Assembly: GCA_038733315.1 (NCBI GenBank) | Contig: JAVYPJ010000001.1 | Span: forward strand, 171,469-235,468 | Length of the DNA: 64,000 nucleotides | Origin: Candidatus Aenigmatarchaeota archaeon | GTDB taxonomy: Archaea > Aenigmatarchaeota > Aenigmatarchaeia > CG10238-14 > SpSt-28 | Reading direction: 5' to 3' | In this document: piece after piece, positions 46,581 through 56,427 of the stretch | Position numbering within the stretch: the first letter of the stretch is position 1 | How the letters are laid out: every line of letters begins with the position of its first letter | Notes under the pieces: generated by a model | What the model saw: only the letters and a program-made list of their open reading frames with translations | What the model was told of the DNA's origin: nothing | Databases searched by the model: none | Translations under genes and position numbers: made by a program

Positions 46581-47293
46581 GTAAGATATGTAAATCAAAG
46601 ATAATTCCTTTAAATTTAAAAAATACTCTAAAAGACGCTATATTAAAGGTTTTAAGAATAGAATATAGCGTACCAATAGTAGATAAAAAAAGTTTAATAG
46701 GTTGTTTGAGTGATAGCGATTTGTTAGGAATTATTTATACAAGAAAATATGGGATAAGCGAGAGGATAAAAAATATTGATTATATTCAATTCCCAATATC
46801 TATAAATAAAAAGGAAAAAATAGATAAAGCAATAGAGCTTATAAAGAATTATAATTTAAATAGTTTAGTTGTTGTTAATGAAAACAATTTTCCAGAATAT
46901 GTTTTAAAGGATTTTGAATTATTAAGATTTATTGAAGTAGAAGGTTTTGTTAAAGATTTCATGACAAAAAACCCTATTTGTACAAAGATAGATAGTAGTG
47001 AAAATTTGATAAGGATGTTAGTTTTTTCAAAGTTTAGAAATTTGCCTGTTATAGATAAGGAAAAAAAGTTTATAGGCGTTTTAAATGTTCATAGAGTTTT
47101 AAAATCGCTTTATCTAAATAATTTTAAAATTCCTAATGACATTGTTTTAAAAGTTGAAACTTTTGAAAAAGATGATGACATAATTTTAGTAAAAAAGTTT
47201 TTAATTGAAAAGAAAGTTGCTATAATAGCGGAAGAGAATAAAGTTATCGGCATAATAACACCATATGACATTATAAAGAAATTTCATGAATAA
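46571..47293 (+). CDS. Tandem CBS-domain protein
   Basis: VKDFMTKNP, LPVID, GIITPYDI. Confidence 0.85.
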   Translation: MEISKICKSKIIPLNLKNTLKDAILKVLRIEYSVPIVDKKSLIGCLSDSDLLGIIYTRKYGISERIKNIDYIQFPISINKKEKIDKAIELIKNYNLNSLVVVNENNFPEYVLKDFELLRFIEVEGFVKDFMTKNPICTKIDSSENLIRMLVFSKFRNLPVIDKEKKFIGVLNVHRVLKSLYLNNFKIPNDIVLKVETFEKDDDIILVKKFLIEKKVAIIAEENKVIGIITPYDIIKKFHE

Positions 47294-47786
47294 TTTCGTA
47301 AATAGGTCCGCTAAGGGTTAGAGTGCTTTTGACTAAGCATATTTTATCAACAATAAATTTCTCTTCAAATTTAAAAGAGCTAACATATTCTAATATTTTG
47401 TTTTTGTTAATTACACTTTTAACTCTGCATAGAGTTAAGTGAAGCGGTTTACTATCACCACCAATCTTTTTAAAAATTTCATTTCTAATTAGCTCTCCTT
47501 TCTCACTTTTAACTCCTATAGCAATAACTCTAAAATAATCCTTATTTGGGATTAGTAAAAGATTTTTTAACACTGCTTCAAAACTTCCAGAATTTTTAAA
47601 CTCATTTAATTTTTCAATTATTTTTGAAACATCTTTAACTTCGCCTAAAAAAGTAAAGGATAAATGAAAATTTTCTTTTTCTACATATTTAGCTTTAATA
47701 GCGTTAAGGTTTTTAATTTCCTTTTGTACTTTTTCAACCTTTTCTTTTATTTCATTTGGAAGGAAATATGCTATAAAAACTCTCAT
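47271..47786 (-). CDS. thpR: 2H-family RNA 2',3'-cyclic phosphodiesterase (2'-5' RNA ligase)
   Basis: MRVFIA, HLSF and HLTL 2H motifs, STL..SGPIY. Confidence 0.92.
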   Translation of the reverse strand: MRVFIAYFLPNEIKEKVEKVQKEIKNLNAIKAKYVEKENFHLSFTFLGEVKDVSKIIEKLNEFKNSGSFEAVLKNLLLIPNKDYFRVIAIGVKSEKGELIRNEIFKKIGGDSKPLHLTLCRVKSVINKNKILEYVSSFKFEEKFIVDKICLVKSTLTLSGPIYEIIHEISL

Positions 47787-47834
47787 TAATGAAGATAAGA
47801 AAATATTTATATATTTGTTAAAAGGATTAAAATT

Positions 47835-48095
47835 ATGGTAGAAAAGAGAGTAAGAGTTAATGATGTAATAGGTAAGGTTGTTGTGGGAGAAAGTGGAAAA
47901 AGAATGGGAATAGTAAACAGCTTAACTTTTATAGTAGAAACTGGTGAGATATTAAATATCGTTGTTGAGCAGCCAACAAAGTATTTGGAGGAATTTAATT
48001 TGAAGAAGGATGAAAACGGAAGGTATTTAATTCCGTTTCATGCGATTAAGAATATTGGAGATTTTGTGATAGTTAGTGAAAATGAATTAGTTTAG
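47835..48095 (+). CDS. PRC-barrel domain protein
   Basis: IGKVVV..G..G.V......TGEI...IPF.AIK.IGDFVIV. Confidence 0.88.
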   Translation: MVEKRVRVNDVIGKVVVGESGKRMGIVNSLTFIVETGEILNIVVEQPTKYLEEFNLKKDENGRYLIPFHAIKNIGDFVIVSENELV

Positions 48096-49075
48096 GCCCA
48101 AATTATTTCTACATCCTCTACTCTCCAGTTTCTTTTTATTGAGGTTTCTTTTATATTTATAGAATATCCATTTCTATATGCTAATAAAGCGGTTAGAGCA
48201 ATCATAGCACCATTATCTGCAGAATATTTTATTGGAACAATTTTTGCCTCTGCACCTCTTTCTTTACACATTATATCAAACATTTCTTGTAATCTTTTGT
48301 TTGCAGCTACTCCACCAACTATTAGTGCTTCATTTTTTTCTAACATAGCCATAGCTCTTTCGCTAACCTCTACAATCATTGAGAATATTGTTTCTTGAAA
48401 GCTAAATATTATATCCTCTAAATCATATTTTCCATTTTTAATTAATTTTTTTACATACGTTACTATTCCACTAAAACTCAAATTCATACCTTTTACGCTA
48501 TATGGCATTTCTATATATTTTTTACCTTTTTTAGCTAATTCTTCTATTTTTGGTCCACCTGGCATTTCAAAGTTTAAAAATCTTGCAATCTCATCTATAG
48601 CATTTCCTATTGCAATATCTTCAGTTTCTCCAAGAATTCTGTATCTTTTATTTACTAAGGAAATTATTTGAGTATTTCCTCCAGATAAATAAACGATTAT
48701 AGGGTCTTTTGAATTTGTTAACCATTTACCAATTTCTATATGGGCAACTCCATGGTTTACATCTACTAATGGCTTATTAAAAGTAAGAGAAATATATCTA
48801 GCAAAAAAAGCACCAACTCTTAGTGCATTTGGTATTCCCATCCCTCTAGAAAATCCAATAACATCAACATCTTTTAAATCTATTTTTGCCTCATCTAAGG
48901 CTTTAAATAATATTTCGTTAAATTTCTCTAAGTGATGATTAAACATTTCTCTAGGCAAATAACCTTTACCCTTTTCAGTTTTTAATGTATCTCTAACATC
49001 AGCTAATATTTCTTTTTCATTAACTATACCAATTCCTAAGGTATGTGCAGTGCTCTCTATTCCTAAGGAAATCAT
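48092..49075 (-). CDS. kae1: KEOPS t6A synthase Kae1
   Basis: LGIESTAHT, VNHGVAHIE, SGGNT, GGVAAN, DNGAMIA. Confidence 0.96.
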   Translation of the reverse strand: MISLGIESTAHTLGIGIVNEKEILADVRDTLKTEKGKGYLPREMFNHHLEKFNEILFKALDEAKIDLKDVDVIGFSRGMGIPNALRVGAFFARYISLTFNKPLVDVNHGVAHIEIGKWLTNSKDPIIVYLSGGNTQIISLVNKRYRILGETEDIAIGNAIDEIARFLNFEMPGGPKIEELAKKGKKYIEMPYSVKGMNLSFSGIVTYVKKLIKNGKYDLEDIIFSFQETIFSMIVEVSERAMAMLEKNEALIVGGVAANKRLQEMFDIMCKERGAEAKIVPIKYSADNGAMIALTALLAYRNGYSINIKETSIKRNWRVEDVEIIWA

Positions 49076-49183
49076 AAAAGAAATGAATCACAAAAATTAA
49101 CATAAGAAATATATTTCAGCTAACTATAATAATAAATTTATATAAGATGGACGAAGATAGCTCAGCTAGGATTTGGAAGAAAC

Positions 49184-49732
49184 ATGAAGGAGAAAAGAAT
49201 ATTAGGATTGATATTAGTGCAGACTTTCATAGCTTTATCTCTAGGTTTAATAGGACCTATATATGCTATATACTTTGAAAAATTATCTAACGACACATAT
49301 TTAGTTCCAATTCTTATAGGCATATACTGGATTTTTGTTGGTATTTTAGAACCAATTTTTGGAAGATATATAGATGTAATAGGTAAGAAAAAAGGATTTG
49401 TAATTGGTTGTATAGCAACTTCTTTTGCGATAATTTTATATCCCTTAGCTACTGATATTTCAACAGTTGCTATAGCACAGATTATAGCCGCTATAGGCTA
49501 TTCCTTAGAAACACCTTCTTATTATTCATTAATGGCTGAATTAACAAATAAGAAAAGAAGGGGTATTGAAATAGGAAGAGTTGATGGTTTTGGAAACCTA
49601 ATTTATGGAATTTCTGCTATTTTATCAGCAATAGTATTATATTATTTTAACTTCGGTTTACTATTCTTTATAGCAGGGATTTCTTATCTCTCTGCTGGCT
49701 TAATATCAATTAGATTTATAGATGATATATAA
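49184..49732 (+). CDS. Half-size (about 6 TM) MFS-like transporter
   Basis: Motif A-like FGRYIDVIGKK; only 182 aa. Confidence 0.75.
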   Translation: MKEKRILGLILVQTFIALSLGLIGPIYAIYFEKLSNDTYLVPILIGIYWIFVGILEPIFGRYIDVIGKKKGFVIGCIATSFAIILYPLATDISTVAIAQIIAAIGYSLETPSYYSLMAELTNKKRRGIEIGRVDGFGNLIYGISAILSAIVLYYFNFGLLFFIAGISYLSAGLISIRFIDDI

Positions 49733-49783
49733 TCTTAACTTCCGATAAAAAATTATTTATTTTTACCCTATTATAAATTTAAA

Positions 49784-50158
49784 ATGGTAATAGATGTTGG
49801 AAGCGTGTGTGTAAAGATAGCAGGGAGAGAAGCTTCAAGATATTGTGTAGTAGTTAAAAAAATAGATAATAATTTTGTTTTGATTACAGGACCTAAGCTA
49901 TTGACTGGAGTAAAGAGAAGAAAATGTAATATAATGCATTTAGAGCCACTTCCTTTTAAACTAGAAATAAAAGAGGATGCAAGTGATAGAGAAGTTCTAG
50001 AAGCATGGAAAAAAAGTGGACTATACAAAAAATTAAACTTAAAATTACCGGCTGAGCACGAATTAAAAGAGGCAGAAAAACAAAATAAGGAAAAGAAAGA
50101 AGAGGTAAAAGAAGAGAAAAAGACAAAGAGAAAGAAGAAAGAAGGTGAGAAAAGTTGA
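49784..50158 (+). CDS. rpl14e: 50S ribosomal protein L14e with a charged tail
   Basis: VG.VCVKIAGREA...FVLITGPK.LTGVKRRKCNI.HLEP. Confidence 0.96.
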   Translation: MVIDVGSVCVKIAGREASRYCVVVKKIDNNFVLITGPKLLTGVKRRKCNIMHLEPLPFKLEIKEDASDREVLEAWKKSGLYKKLNLKLPAEHELKEAEKQNKEKKEEVKEEKKTKRKKKEGEKS

Positions 50159-51143
50159 ATGGCTATATAGAATCTTAGATGAAGAGACAGATGAGAGGTT
50201 TGGTAAAGAACCTTCGAAAAGAACCTTAGAAGAGCTGAAGGATACTGGAATAATAAATGTAGATAAGCATATAGGGCCTACAAGTCATTTAATTTCTGAG
50301 GATATAAAAAAAATTCTTAATCTTAAAAAAACAGGCCATATAGGAACCTTAGATCCTAATGCTAGCGGAGTTTTACCTGTTTTACTAAATAAAAGTACGA
50401 GATTAGCACCTCTTTTTCAGAAATTAGATAAAGAATATGTTGGTGTAATGCATTTGCATAAAGACATAGATGAAAGTTTTTTAAAAGAATTCATAGAAAC
50501 AAAATTCATAGGAAAAATAAAACAAACACCCCCAAAAAGAAGTGCGGTAGCTAGAGTTTTAAGAGAAAGATATGTTTATGAGGCTTACCTTTTAGAAAAA
50601 GATGGTAAAGATGTTTTGTTTAAAATAATTTGTGAAAGTGGTTTTTATGTTAGAAAATATGTACATGATATGGGACAAAAACTAAAAATAGGAGCTCATT
50701 TAAAAGAGTTAAGAAGAGTTTCTATAGGCAAATATAACTTAGAAGAAAAAACTTATTATAAAATCTTTGATGAAGAAAATTCTATAAGCTTGTTTGATTT
50801 AATGAAGATGCTAAATAGCGAAGAAGAGCTAAGAAAAATTATTAAACCTGCAGAATACTATTTAACTCATGTAAAAAAAGTTTTTGTTAAGGATACTGCA
50901 ATCCACAACATAACACTCGGCGCTCCTTTATATGTCTCTGGTATTACTAGAGTTCAGGCGGATATAAGGAAAAATGATTTGGTTGCGATTTTTAGTTTAA
51001 AAAATGAGTTGGTCGCTTTTGGTGTAGCGGTTATGGATAGTGTAGATATGATAAACTCGAAAGAAGGAATAGCTGTAAAGATTGATAGGGTATTCATAGA
51101 TAAGAGTGTATATCCAAGAATTGGTGAGATTAATAAAACATGA
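50145..51143 (+). CDS. cbf5: H/ACA pseudouridine synthase Cbf5
   Basis: DKHIGPTSH, GHIGTLDP, QTPP.RSAV, PUA domain. Confidence 0.95.
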   Translation: MRKVEWLYRILDEETDERFGKEPSKRTLEELKDTGIINVDKHIGPTSHLISEDIKKILNLKKTGHIGTLDPNASGVLPVLLNKSTRLAPLFQKLDKEYVGVMHLHKDIDESFLKEFIETKFIGKIKQTPPKRSAVARVLRERYVYEAYLLEKDGKDVLFKIICESGFYVRKYVHDMGQKLKIGAHLKELRRVSIGKYNLEEKTYYKIFDEENSISLFDLMKMLNSEEELRKIIKPAEYYLTHVKKVFVKDTAIHNITLGAPLYVSGITRVQADIRKNDLVAIFSLKNELVAFGVAVMDSVDMINSKEGIAVKIDRVFIDKSVYPRIGEINKT

Positions 51144-51997
51144 AAGAAAGGGAATTAACATTAAACTTTGTAGAATTTTTGTTTGGAGATGTCTATCACA
51201 AAATTGATATAGAGTGTCAAAGAATATGCAATAGCATTTTTAGATTTATTGAAAGAAACGGTTCTAAAAAAAGTGCGAAATATCTTTTAGAGGATTTAAG
51301 CTTTAATAATAGAATCTCATTTCTTAGGAGCATTTATGATACTATAGAACAATCAAAACTCTACGAGATAGGTTTAATTTCTGGGTATAAAGAGTATCTT
51401 GGGATTCTGGAAGAAATTGGTAGTAGAGTAGAAGAAGAAAGAAGGATGTTAAAAAAATACGATAAAGAAATATTAATAAAAGAAGTATTGAAAATAGCTT
51501 ATAAAGTTCAGATAACAACAGATTGTATAGCGGTTAACTTTAAAAACTTTATGGACTATATTGCTTTTTTTGCTTCAGAAGATTATTACAGTAATTTTAA
51601 TTCTTTCAAACAGAAAAAACTCAGAGAAATAGAGAGGGTCGTGAATAATTTAAAATCAAATAAGGGTAAAATTAATAAAGACGACTATAGAACACTTTCT
51701 CAGTTAATTATAGACTCTTTTGGAATTAATAATCTAGAAAATTCTTTATATTATACCATTATTATTTTGCCTCCTGAAGAAATATTTACTAATTCTTGGC
51801 CTACTCAAGAAAAAGAAATGAGAAAGTTTTTAGATAGTGGAAAAATAGATGAAATAATAGAAAGAAAGGTTAATGTATACAGAATATTTTCTACTGCTCG
51901 TCAAATTAACATAAAATCCGAGTTTTTACCAATGATAGAGAAGTATGTAAAAAAAATAAAAACAGATTTTAGCGAGATTAATATCGATGTGGTTTAG
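51140..51997 (+). CDS. Hypothetical protein
   Basis: 285-aa ORF coupled to cbf5; no motif recognised. Confidence 0.55.
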   Translation: MKERELTLNFVEFLFGDVYHKIDIECQRICNSIFRFIERNGSKKSAKYLLEDLSFNNRISFLRSIYDTIEQSKLYEIGLISGYKEYLGILEEIGSRVEEERRMLKKYDKEILIKEVLKIAYKVQITTDCIAVNFKNFMDYIAFFASEDYYSNFNSFKQKKLREIERVVNNLKSNKGKINKDDYRTLSQLIIDSFGINNLENSLYYTIIILPPEEIFTNSWPTQEKEMRKFLDSGKIDEIIERKVNVYRIFSTARQINIKSEFLPMIEKYVKKIKTDFSEINIDVV

Positions 51998-52003
51998 TAA
52001 ATT

Positions 52004-52483
52004 TTACTTATAGTTTATAATATCTATATAAACAGATTTTAAGTTTTCATGATTATTAGAATTCAGCTGTTGAGTAATGAAATTTAAGCCATGAAATCCT
52101 TCTCTCGTGAAATATTCTTCAATATAATCTAAGTCAATATAAGATTTTAGTTTTCTTAGCATAGCAGCTGATATACTTATACTCAGTATTTCACTTATTC
52201 TTTTAAATTTGTCAAGAAGATTTTCGCTTTTTATCGCTTCTAGAAAGTTTGTATCTATTATACCAATTCTTTTTAGTTTTTCTAAATAATTCGATAAAAG
52301 ATTATTTAACTCATCTTCAATCAAATTAAATTTATCATTAATTTTCTTAGTTTCTCCATCGCTGAGTTTCACTATTACAGAATTCTCTGATATATAAGCT
52401 TCTGCTACTTTATCTTCGTTTATTTCTAGCACCCTGCTAACTATTTGCTTTGGTATTTCTATTAAATATGTTTCTCTTTTCAT
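52004..52483 (-). CDS. Hypothetical protein
   Basis: 159-aa ORF; no motif recognised. Confidence 0.5.
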   Translation of the reverse strand: MKRETYLIEIPKQIVSRVLEINEDKVAEAYISENSVIVKLSDGETKKINDKFNLIEDELNNLLSNYLEKLKRIGIIDTNFLEAIKSENLLDKFKRISEILSISISAAMLRKLKSYIDLDYIEEYFTREGFHGLNFITQQLNSNNHENLKSVYIDIINYK

Positions 52484-52565
52484 AAATCATTAAAATAAAT
52501 ATAATTTAAAGAAATGGAATAAAAATTAAAAATATAGCTATGCAAAAACAAGGGAACCAGAAAAA

Positions 52566-53042
52566 TCAAACACTCTGAATAGAAGAAGGTTCAAAAATTT
52601 TAAAAACACATTTTTCTTTGTTTATATTTTTACATTCAATTTCTTCTACTTCTAAATTTTTATCAAGGAAATATTTAACACCATAAGCTAATATCCCGGC
52701 TTGAATAAAATCTACACATATTTTTACTTTAGGAGTTTTAACAAATTTTGTTATATAGCTAGATATTGGGCAATTTTTACAAATAAAGATTTTTTTATTC
52801 TCTATAAAATCAATCTTTCCAAATCCCAAAAAATACAAAATTTCTAAAAATTTATTTAGATTTTCTGGTTTATAAGTTTCTATAATCTTTTCTCCAATCC
52901 TTTTTCCAAAAGAATAGTGTAAATTAGTTGTTATCCTTCCTATTAAAGATAATGATACTATTAAAAATTTAGCATAAAGTTCAGCGCAAGTTACAAAGTA
53001 ATCCTTATCTTTTATTATCTTTGAAATATTTTGAATCGACAT
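52566..53042 (-). CDS. V4R-domain protein
   Basis: LGFGKI...CPI...C.FIQAGIL...EEIEC...CVFKI. Confidence 0.75.
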   Translation of the reverse strand: MSIQNISKIIKDKDYFVTCAELYAKFLIVSLSLIGRITTNLHYSFGKRIGEKIIETYKPENLNKFLEILYFLGFGKIDFIENKKIFICKNCPISSYITKFVKTPKVKICVDFIQAGILAYGVKYFLDKNLEVEEIECKNINKEKCVFKIFEPSSIQSV

Positions 53043-53506
53043 GATTTCTTATTATCTATTTGACAACTTTCTTCTATACCATCGAACTCCTTTAGTAAGC
53101 ATGCAGATATCATTCCAGCAAACCATTTAGAAAGATATTCGCAGCTCTTTAAATCATTTTTTACAAAAAAATTGTTTTTAGTTTCTATTAAAAAACATTT
53201 TTCATCTCTCTTAAAAGTTAGATCTTCATACCACCTAAAATTTATTCCAATATTTTTCAAATTTTCAAAAAAGTTCTCTAAGTTTTTATACTCATAATTA
53301 GATATCATAGATTGTGCAGTGCTTTTACCAAGTTCGTAAAAACATATATTTAAAATTCCTTTTGCTGATTTTCCAAAAAACTTTTCATATTCTTGGCATA
53401 AAATTGGCAAAGAATCGGAAAAAAGAATAATAAAAGGTCTTCTCTTTTTACCAAACTTTTCTATTATTAAATCGTTTTCGAAGGATAAACATTCTTCTAT
53501 ATTCAT
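53015..53506 (-). CDS. V4R-domain protein
   Basis: FYELGK...SCEYL..FAGM...EESC...SCRFKI. Confidence 0.72.
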   Translation of the reverse strand: MNIEECLSFENDLIIEKFGKKRRPFIILFSDSLPILCQEYEKFFGKSAKGILNICFYELGKSTAQSMISNYEYKNLENFFENLKNIGINFRWYEDLTFKRDEKCFLIETKNNFFVKNDLKSCEYLSKWFAGMISACLLKEFDGIEESCQIDNKKSCRFKIFQR

Positions 53507-53530
53507 AATTCATATTGATTAATATTTTTT

Positions 53531-54739
53531 ATGAATTTAAAAAAAGAGATTTTGGATAATGGAATAATTTTGTATAAGCCAAGAATTCCAAGTACAAATA
53601 CTATAGCGATTTCTATAAATGTAAATATAGGAAGCGTCTACGAAGAAGAAGATAAGAGAGGAATTTCGCATTTATTAGAGCATATGATGTTTAAATCGAA
53701 CAAGAAATATTCTGCAAAAGAGGTTTCTATGGGATTAGAATTAAACGGTGGAATTTCTAACGCATTTACCTCAAATTTTCTAACCTCTTATTTTGTAGAG
53801 GTAATTCCTAAGGGATTCGAAAGAATTTTGGATATATTACATTCTATGTTTATAAACGAAAATTATAAAAAAGATGAGTTTGAAAGGGAAAAGAAAGTCG
53901 TTTTGAGCGAAATAGAGAGGTATGAAAATAATCCAGAGGATATGCTAGAAAGATTAATACCAAAAAGCATTTTCGGTAATAGTGATTATGGCAGTCCTAT
54001 TAGTGGTTATAGGGAAACTGTAAGTTCAATTTCTAAGGAAGAATTAGAAGAGTTTAAATTAAAATATTATTGTTCAAAGAATACTTTTATTTTAATAGAG
54101 GGAAATTTTAGTGATAAACATTTAGAATTAATTAGGAAAAAATTTTCTAAAATAGAGGAATCAAGCGCTAAGAAAAAGAAGCCATCCAAATCTAAGGGTA
54201 GCGATATTATCAAAAGGATGAATACAAAAAATCAAATATATTATTCGAAAAATTTTGAGATTGAGTTTAATAAGAATAATTTTTTCATGCCATTTATATT
54301 TAGCAAAGTTATTTCTGGAGGAATATCGTCTTTAATGTTTGATGTGTTTAGGGAAAAATATGGTATAGGTTATAGAGTTTATTTCGAACCAACGTATATT
54401 TACGAAGATAGAATTATATTAACTCTTGGCATTCCTGGGTATGAGAAAGAGAGAGAAAAGAATGTAAATGCTGCATATGAATATTTAATCGAACAAATAT
54501 TAGATAGAAAAAACTTTCAGAAATATTTGAATGGTAGAAAAAAAGTTATTAGCTTAGAATATGAAAAAATAAAAGGGGATTTATTCAAAAGAATTTTGAG
54601 AGAAGTTTTTATAGTCTCTATTAATGAAAAGACCATAGACGATTTTTATTCAAAAGCTATTAGTATAAAAACAGAAGAGATAATCGAGTTCTTAAAATAC
54701 TTAGAGGAATCAAAAATTGTAAAGATTATTCCATTATGA
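53531..54739 (+). CDS. M16 (pitrilysin-like) zinc peptidase
   Basis: GS.YE...GISHLLEHMMF, NAFTS, EREK.VV.SE. Confidence 0.92.
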   Translation: MNLKKEILDNGIILYKPRIPSTNTIAISINVNIGSVYEEEDKRGISHLLEHMMFKSNKKYSAKEVSMGLELNGGISNAFTSNFLTSYFVEVIPKGFERILDILHSMFINENYKKDEFEREKKVVLSEIERYENNPEDMLERLIPKSIFGNSDYGSPISGYRETVSSISKEELEEFKLKYYCSKNTFILIEGNFSDKHLELIRKKFSKIEESSAKKKKPSKSKGSDIIKRMNTKNQIYYSKNFEIEFNKNNFFMPFIFSKVISGGISSLMFDVFREKYGIGYRVYFEPTYIYEDRIILTLGIPGYEKEREKNVNAAYEYLIEQILDRKNFQKYLNGRKKVISLEYEKIKGDLFKRILREVFIVSINEKTIDDFYSKAISIKTEEIIEFLKYLEESKIVKIIPL

Positions 54740-54762
54740 ATAGCTTTATATTCTATTAGGGA

Positions 54763-54837
54763 GGACCCGTAGCTCAGCCTGGATAGAGCGCTGGTTTGCG
54801 GAACCAGAGGTCGCGGGTTCAAATCCCGCCGGGTCCG
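54763..54837 (+). tRNA. tRNA-Arg(GCG)
   Basis: Anticodon arm CTGGT-TTGCGGA-ACCAG. Confidence 0.97.
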
Positions 54838-54840
54838 ATA

Positions 54841-55119
54841 TTATTCCTTAGAGAGTTTTTCTTTAATTTCTTCTTCTCCTTTTTTTAATTCTTCTTTTTG
54901 CTCTTTGTCTATTTCTAATAACAAAGATAAAAATTCACCGACGTGCGTTTTCTCTTCCTTAGCTACATCTAATAAAACCTTTTTAATTTTTTGGTCTTCT
55001 GTTTTTGCAGCTAGTTGTTCATAGAGATTTATTGCATCCAACTCTGCTATTATTCCTAGTCTAAGAATTTGCTTTTCAACATCTTTATCCTCTATTTTTA
55101 TTGGCCTTTCCGACAACAT
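54841..55119 (-). CDS. Short ferritin-like/rubrerythrin-family protein
   Basis: AELDAINLYEQ...EEKTHVGEF. Confidence 0.88.
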   Translation of the reverse strand: MLSERPIKIEDKDVEKQILRLGIIAELDAINLYEQLAAKTEDQKIKKVLLDVAKEEKTHVGEFLSLLLEIDKEQKEELKKGEEEIKEKLSKE

Positions 55120-55147
55120 AAAAATTTATAACTAATACAAATAAATA

Positions 55148-55552
55148 ATGAGGGTTTTATTATCTCATTGTGATTTTATAGAATTTAAGCCAATAAGAAA
55201 AGAGATTAAAATTGCGGAAGATGTTGAAATAAAAAGTTATAGATACGAAGAAATACTAGTTGCTTTTACTGCAATAGAAAAAGATGATAACGAAGAAAAG
55301 ATAGAAAAAATGTGTAATGAAATTAAAATTGTAGCTAATAGGATAGGTATTAATTCGGTATTAATTTATCCTTTTGCTCATTTAAGTAACAATTTAACAA
55401 AACCAGAAATTGCTATAAGGTTAATTAAACTTCTCGGAGAAAAATTAAAGAATGAAAATATGAAAGTTTATTTTGCTCCCTTTGGATGGGCAAAAGAATT
55501 ACATATAAAAGTTAAGGGACATCCGCTAGCAGAAAGTCTGAGAGTAATTTAA
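55148..55552 (+). CDS. Stand-alone archaeal threonyl-tRNA synthetase editing domain
   Basis: MRVLL.H.D, YPFAHLS..L, APFGW.K, KGHPLAE. Confidence 0.9.
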   Translation: MRVLLSHCDFIEFKPIRKEIKIAEDVEIKSYRYEEILVAFTAIEKDDNEEKIEKMCNEIKIVANRIGINSVLIYPFAHLSNNLTKPEIAIRLIKLLGEKLKNENMKVYFAPFGWAKELHIKVKGHPLAESLRVI

Positions 55553-55836
55553 TTTTTAAATGGTATAATTACTTCTATCTTATCTATATTGTATTTTTTC
55601 TTAAGATTTTCCTCTAACTTTTTAGAATCTTCTAAACCAATAATTAATAATTGTAGGCGGTTTTCCTTTGGAATATAGGTAATTATGACATTAGGTTCGT
55701 TCGGATTTTTTATATCGACTATTTTTATATTTTTTCCTAGAGCAGCTTCTATTTCTTTAATTATATTATCTATTTTATAGGATGAATTATCTAAATTATA
55801 AAGATTGTAAATAGTTATTTTAATTTCTTTTTTCAT
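55549..55836 (-). CDS. Hypothetical protein
   Basis: 95-aa ORF; no motif recognised. Confidence 0.45.
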   Translation of the reverse strand: MKKEIKITIYNLYNLDNSSYKIDNIIKEIEAALGKNIKIVDIKNPNEPNVIITYIPKENRLQLLIIGLEDSKKLEENLKKKYNIDKIEVIIPFKN

Positions 55837-55887
55837 TTTTCAGCGGCGTTACTATAAATATATTAATTTTGGTAAGAACAATAAATA

Positions 55888-56160
55888 ATGGAAGTAAATA
55901 TATTAAAAAAAGAAGGGAACACGCTTTTAGTAGAGTTGAAGGGAGAGAGTGAAACATTTGCTAATTTAATAAGGGAGGAACTTTGGAATGTTAAAGGAGT
56001 AATAGAGGCTGCACATATAAAGGAGCATCCAGAATTAGCGGAACCAAAGATATGGATAAAAACAGATGGTATAGATCCGATGGAAGCTTTAAAAATTGCG
56101 GTAGAAAATTTATTAAAAAAATTCGAAGAAATTAAAAAAAGTTATAAAAAACAACTCTGA
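55888..56160 (+). CDS. rpoL: RNA polymerase subunit L (Rpo11)
   Basis: GESETFANL...HP...P..IKT. Confidence 0.92.
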   Translation: MEVNILKKEGNTLLVELKGESETFANLIREELWNVKGVIEAAHIKEHPELAEPKIWIKTDGIDPMEALKIAVENLLKKFEEIKKSYKKQL

Positions 56161-56203
56161 ACTTATTTATTTTATTTTGATAAAAAAATATTTTTATTAA
56201 AAA

Positions 56204-56276
56204 GCCAGGGTAGCTCAGCAGGTAGAGCGTCCGGCTGTTAACCGGAAGGTCGCCGGTTCGAATCCGGCCCCTGGCG
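56204..56276 (+). tRNA. tRNA-Asn(GTT)
   Basis: Anticodon arm TCCGG-CTGTTAA-CCGGA. Confidence 0.97.
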
Positions 56277-56305
56277 AAAAAATAAAATAAAGAAATAATA
56301 ATTTT

Positions 56306-56381
56306 ATGCCCTACCTACCAGCCTCTAATGAGCTGTGAGTCAAGCAAGCTATGAGTTGGATGCACGAGGTAGGGCATAGCC
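56306..56381 (+). ncRNA. Single-hairpin H/ACA-like guide RNA with a K-turn and an AUA box
   Basis: Basal stem GCCCTACCT/AGGTAGGGC, internal loop ACCAGCC/TGCACG, upper stem, K-turn TGAGC...GC-TAT-GA, ATA 15 nt from the pocket top. Confidence 0.7.
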
Positions 56382-56427
56382 GATATTTTTATTTTCATTA
56401 AAAATAGCTTCTTAAAACATATGTTTT

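Noticed and set aside
49147..49183. TAGCTCAGC resembling a tRNA D-arm or an sRNA upstream of the MFS gene
   Set aside because: No cloverleaf, T-loop or consistent C/D boxes
54841..55119. Encapsulin system around the ferritin-like gene
   Set aside because: No encapsulin shell gene or cargo-loading peptide is visible in the window
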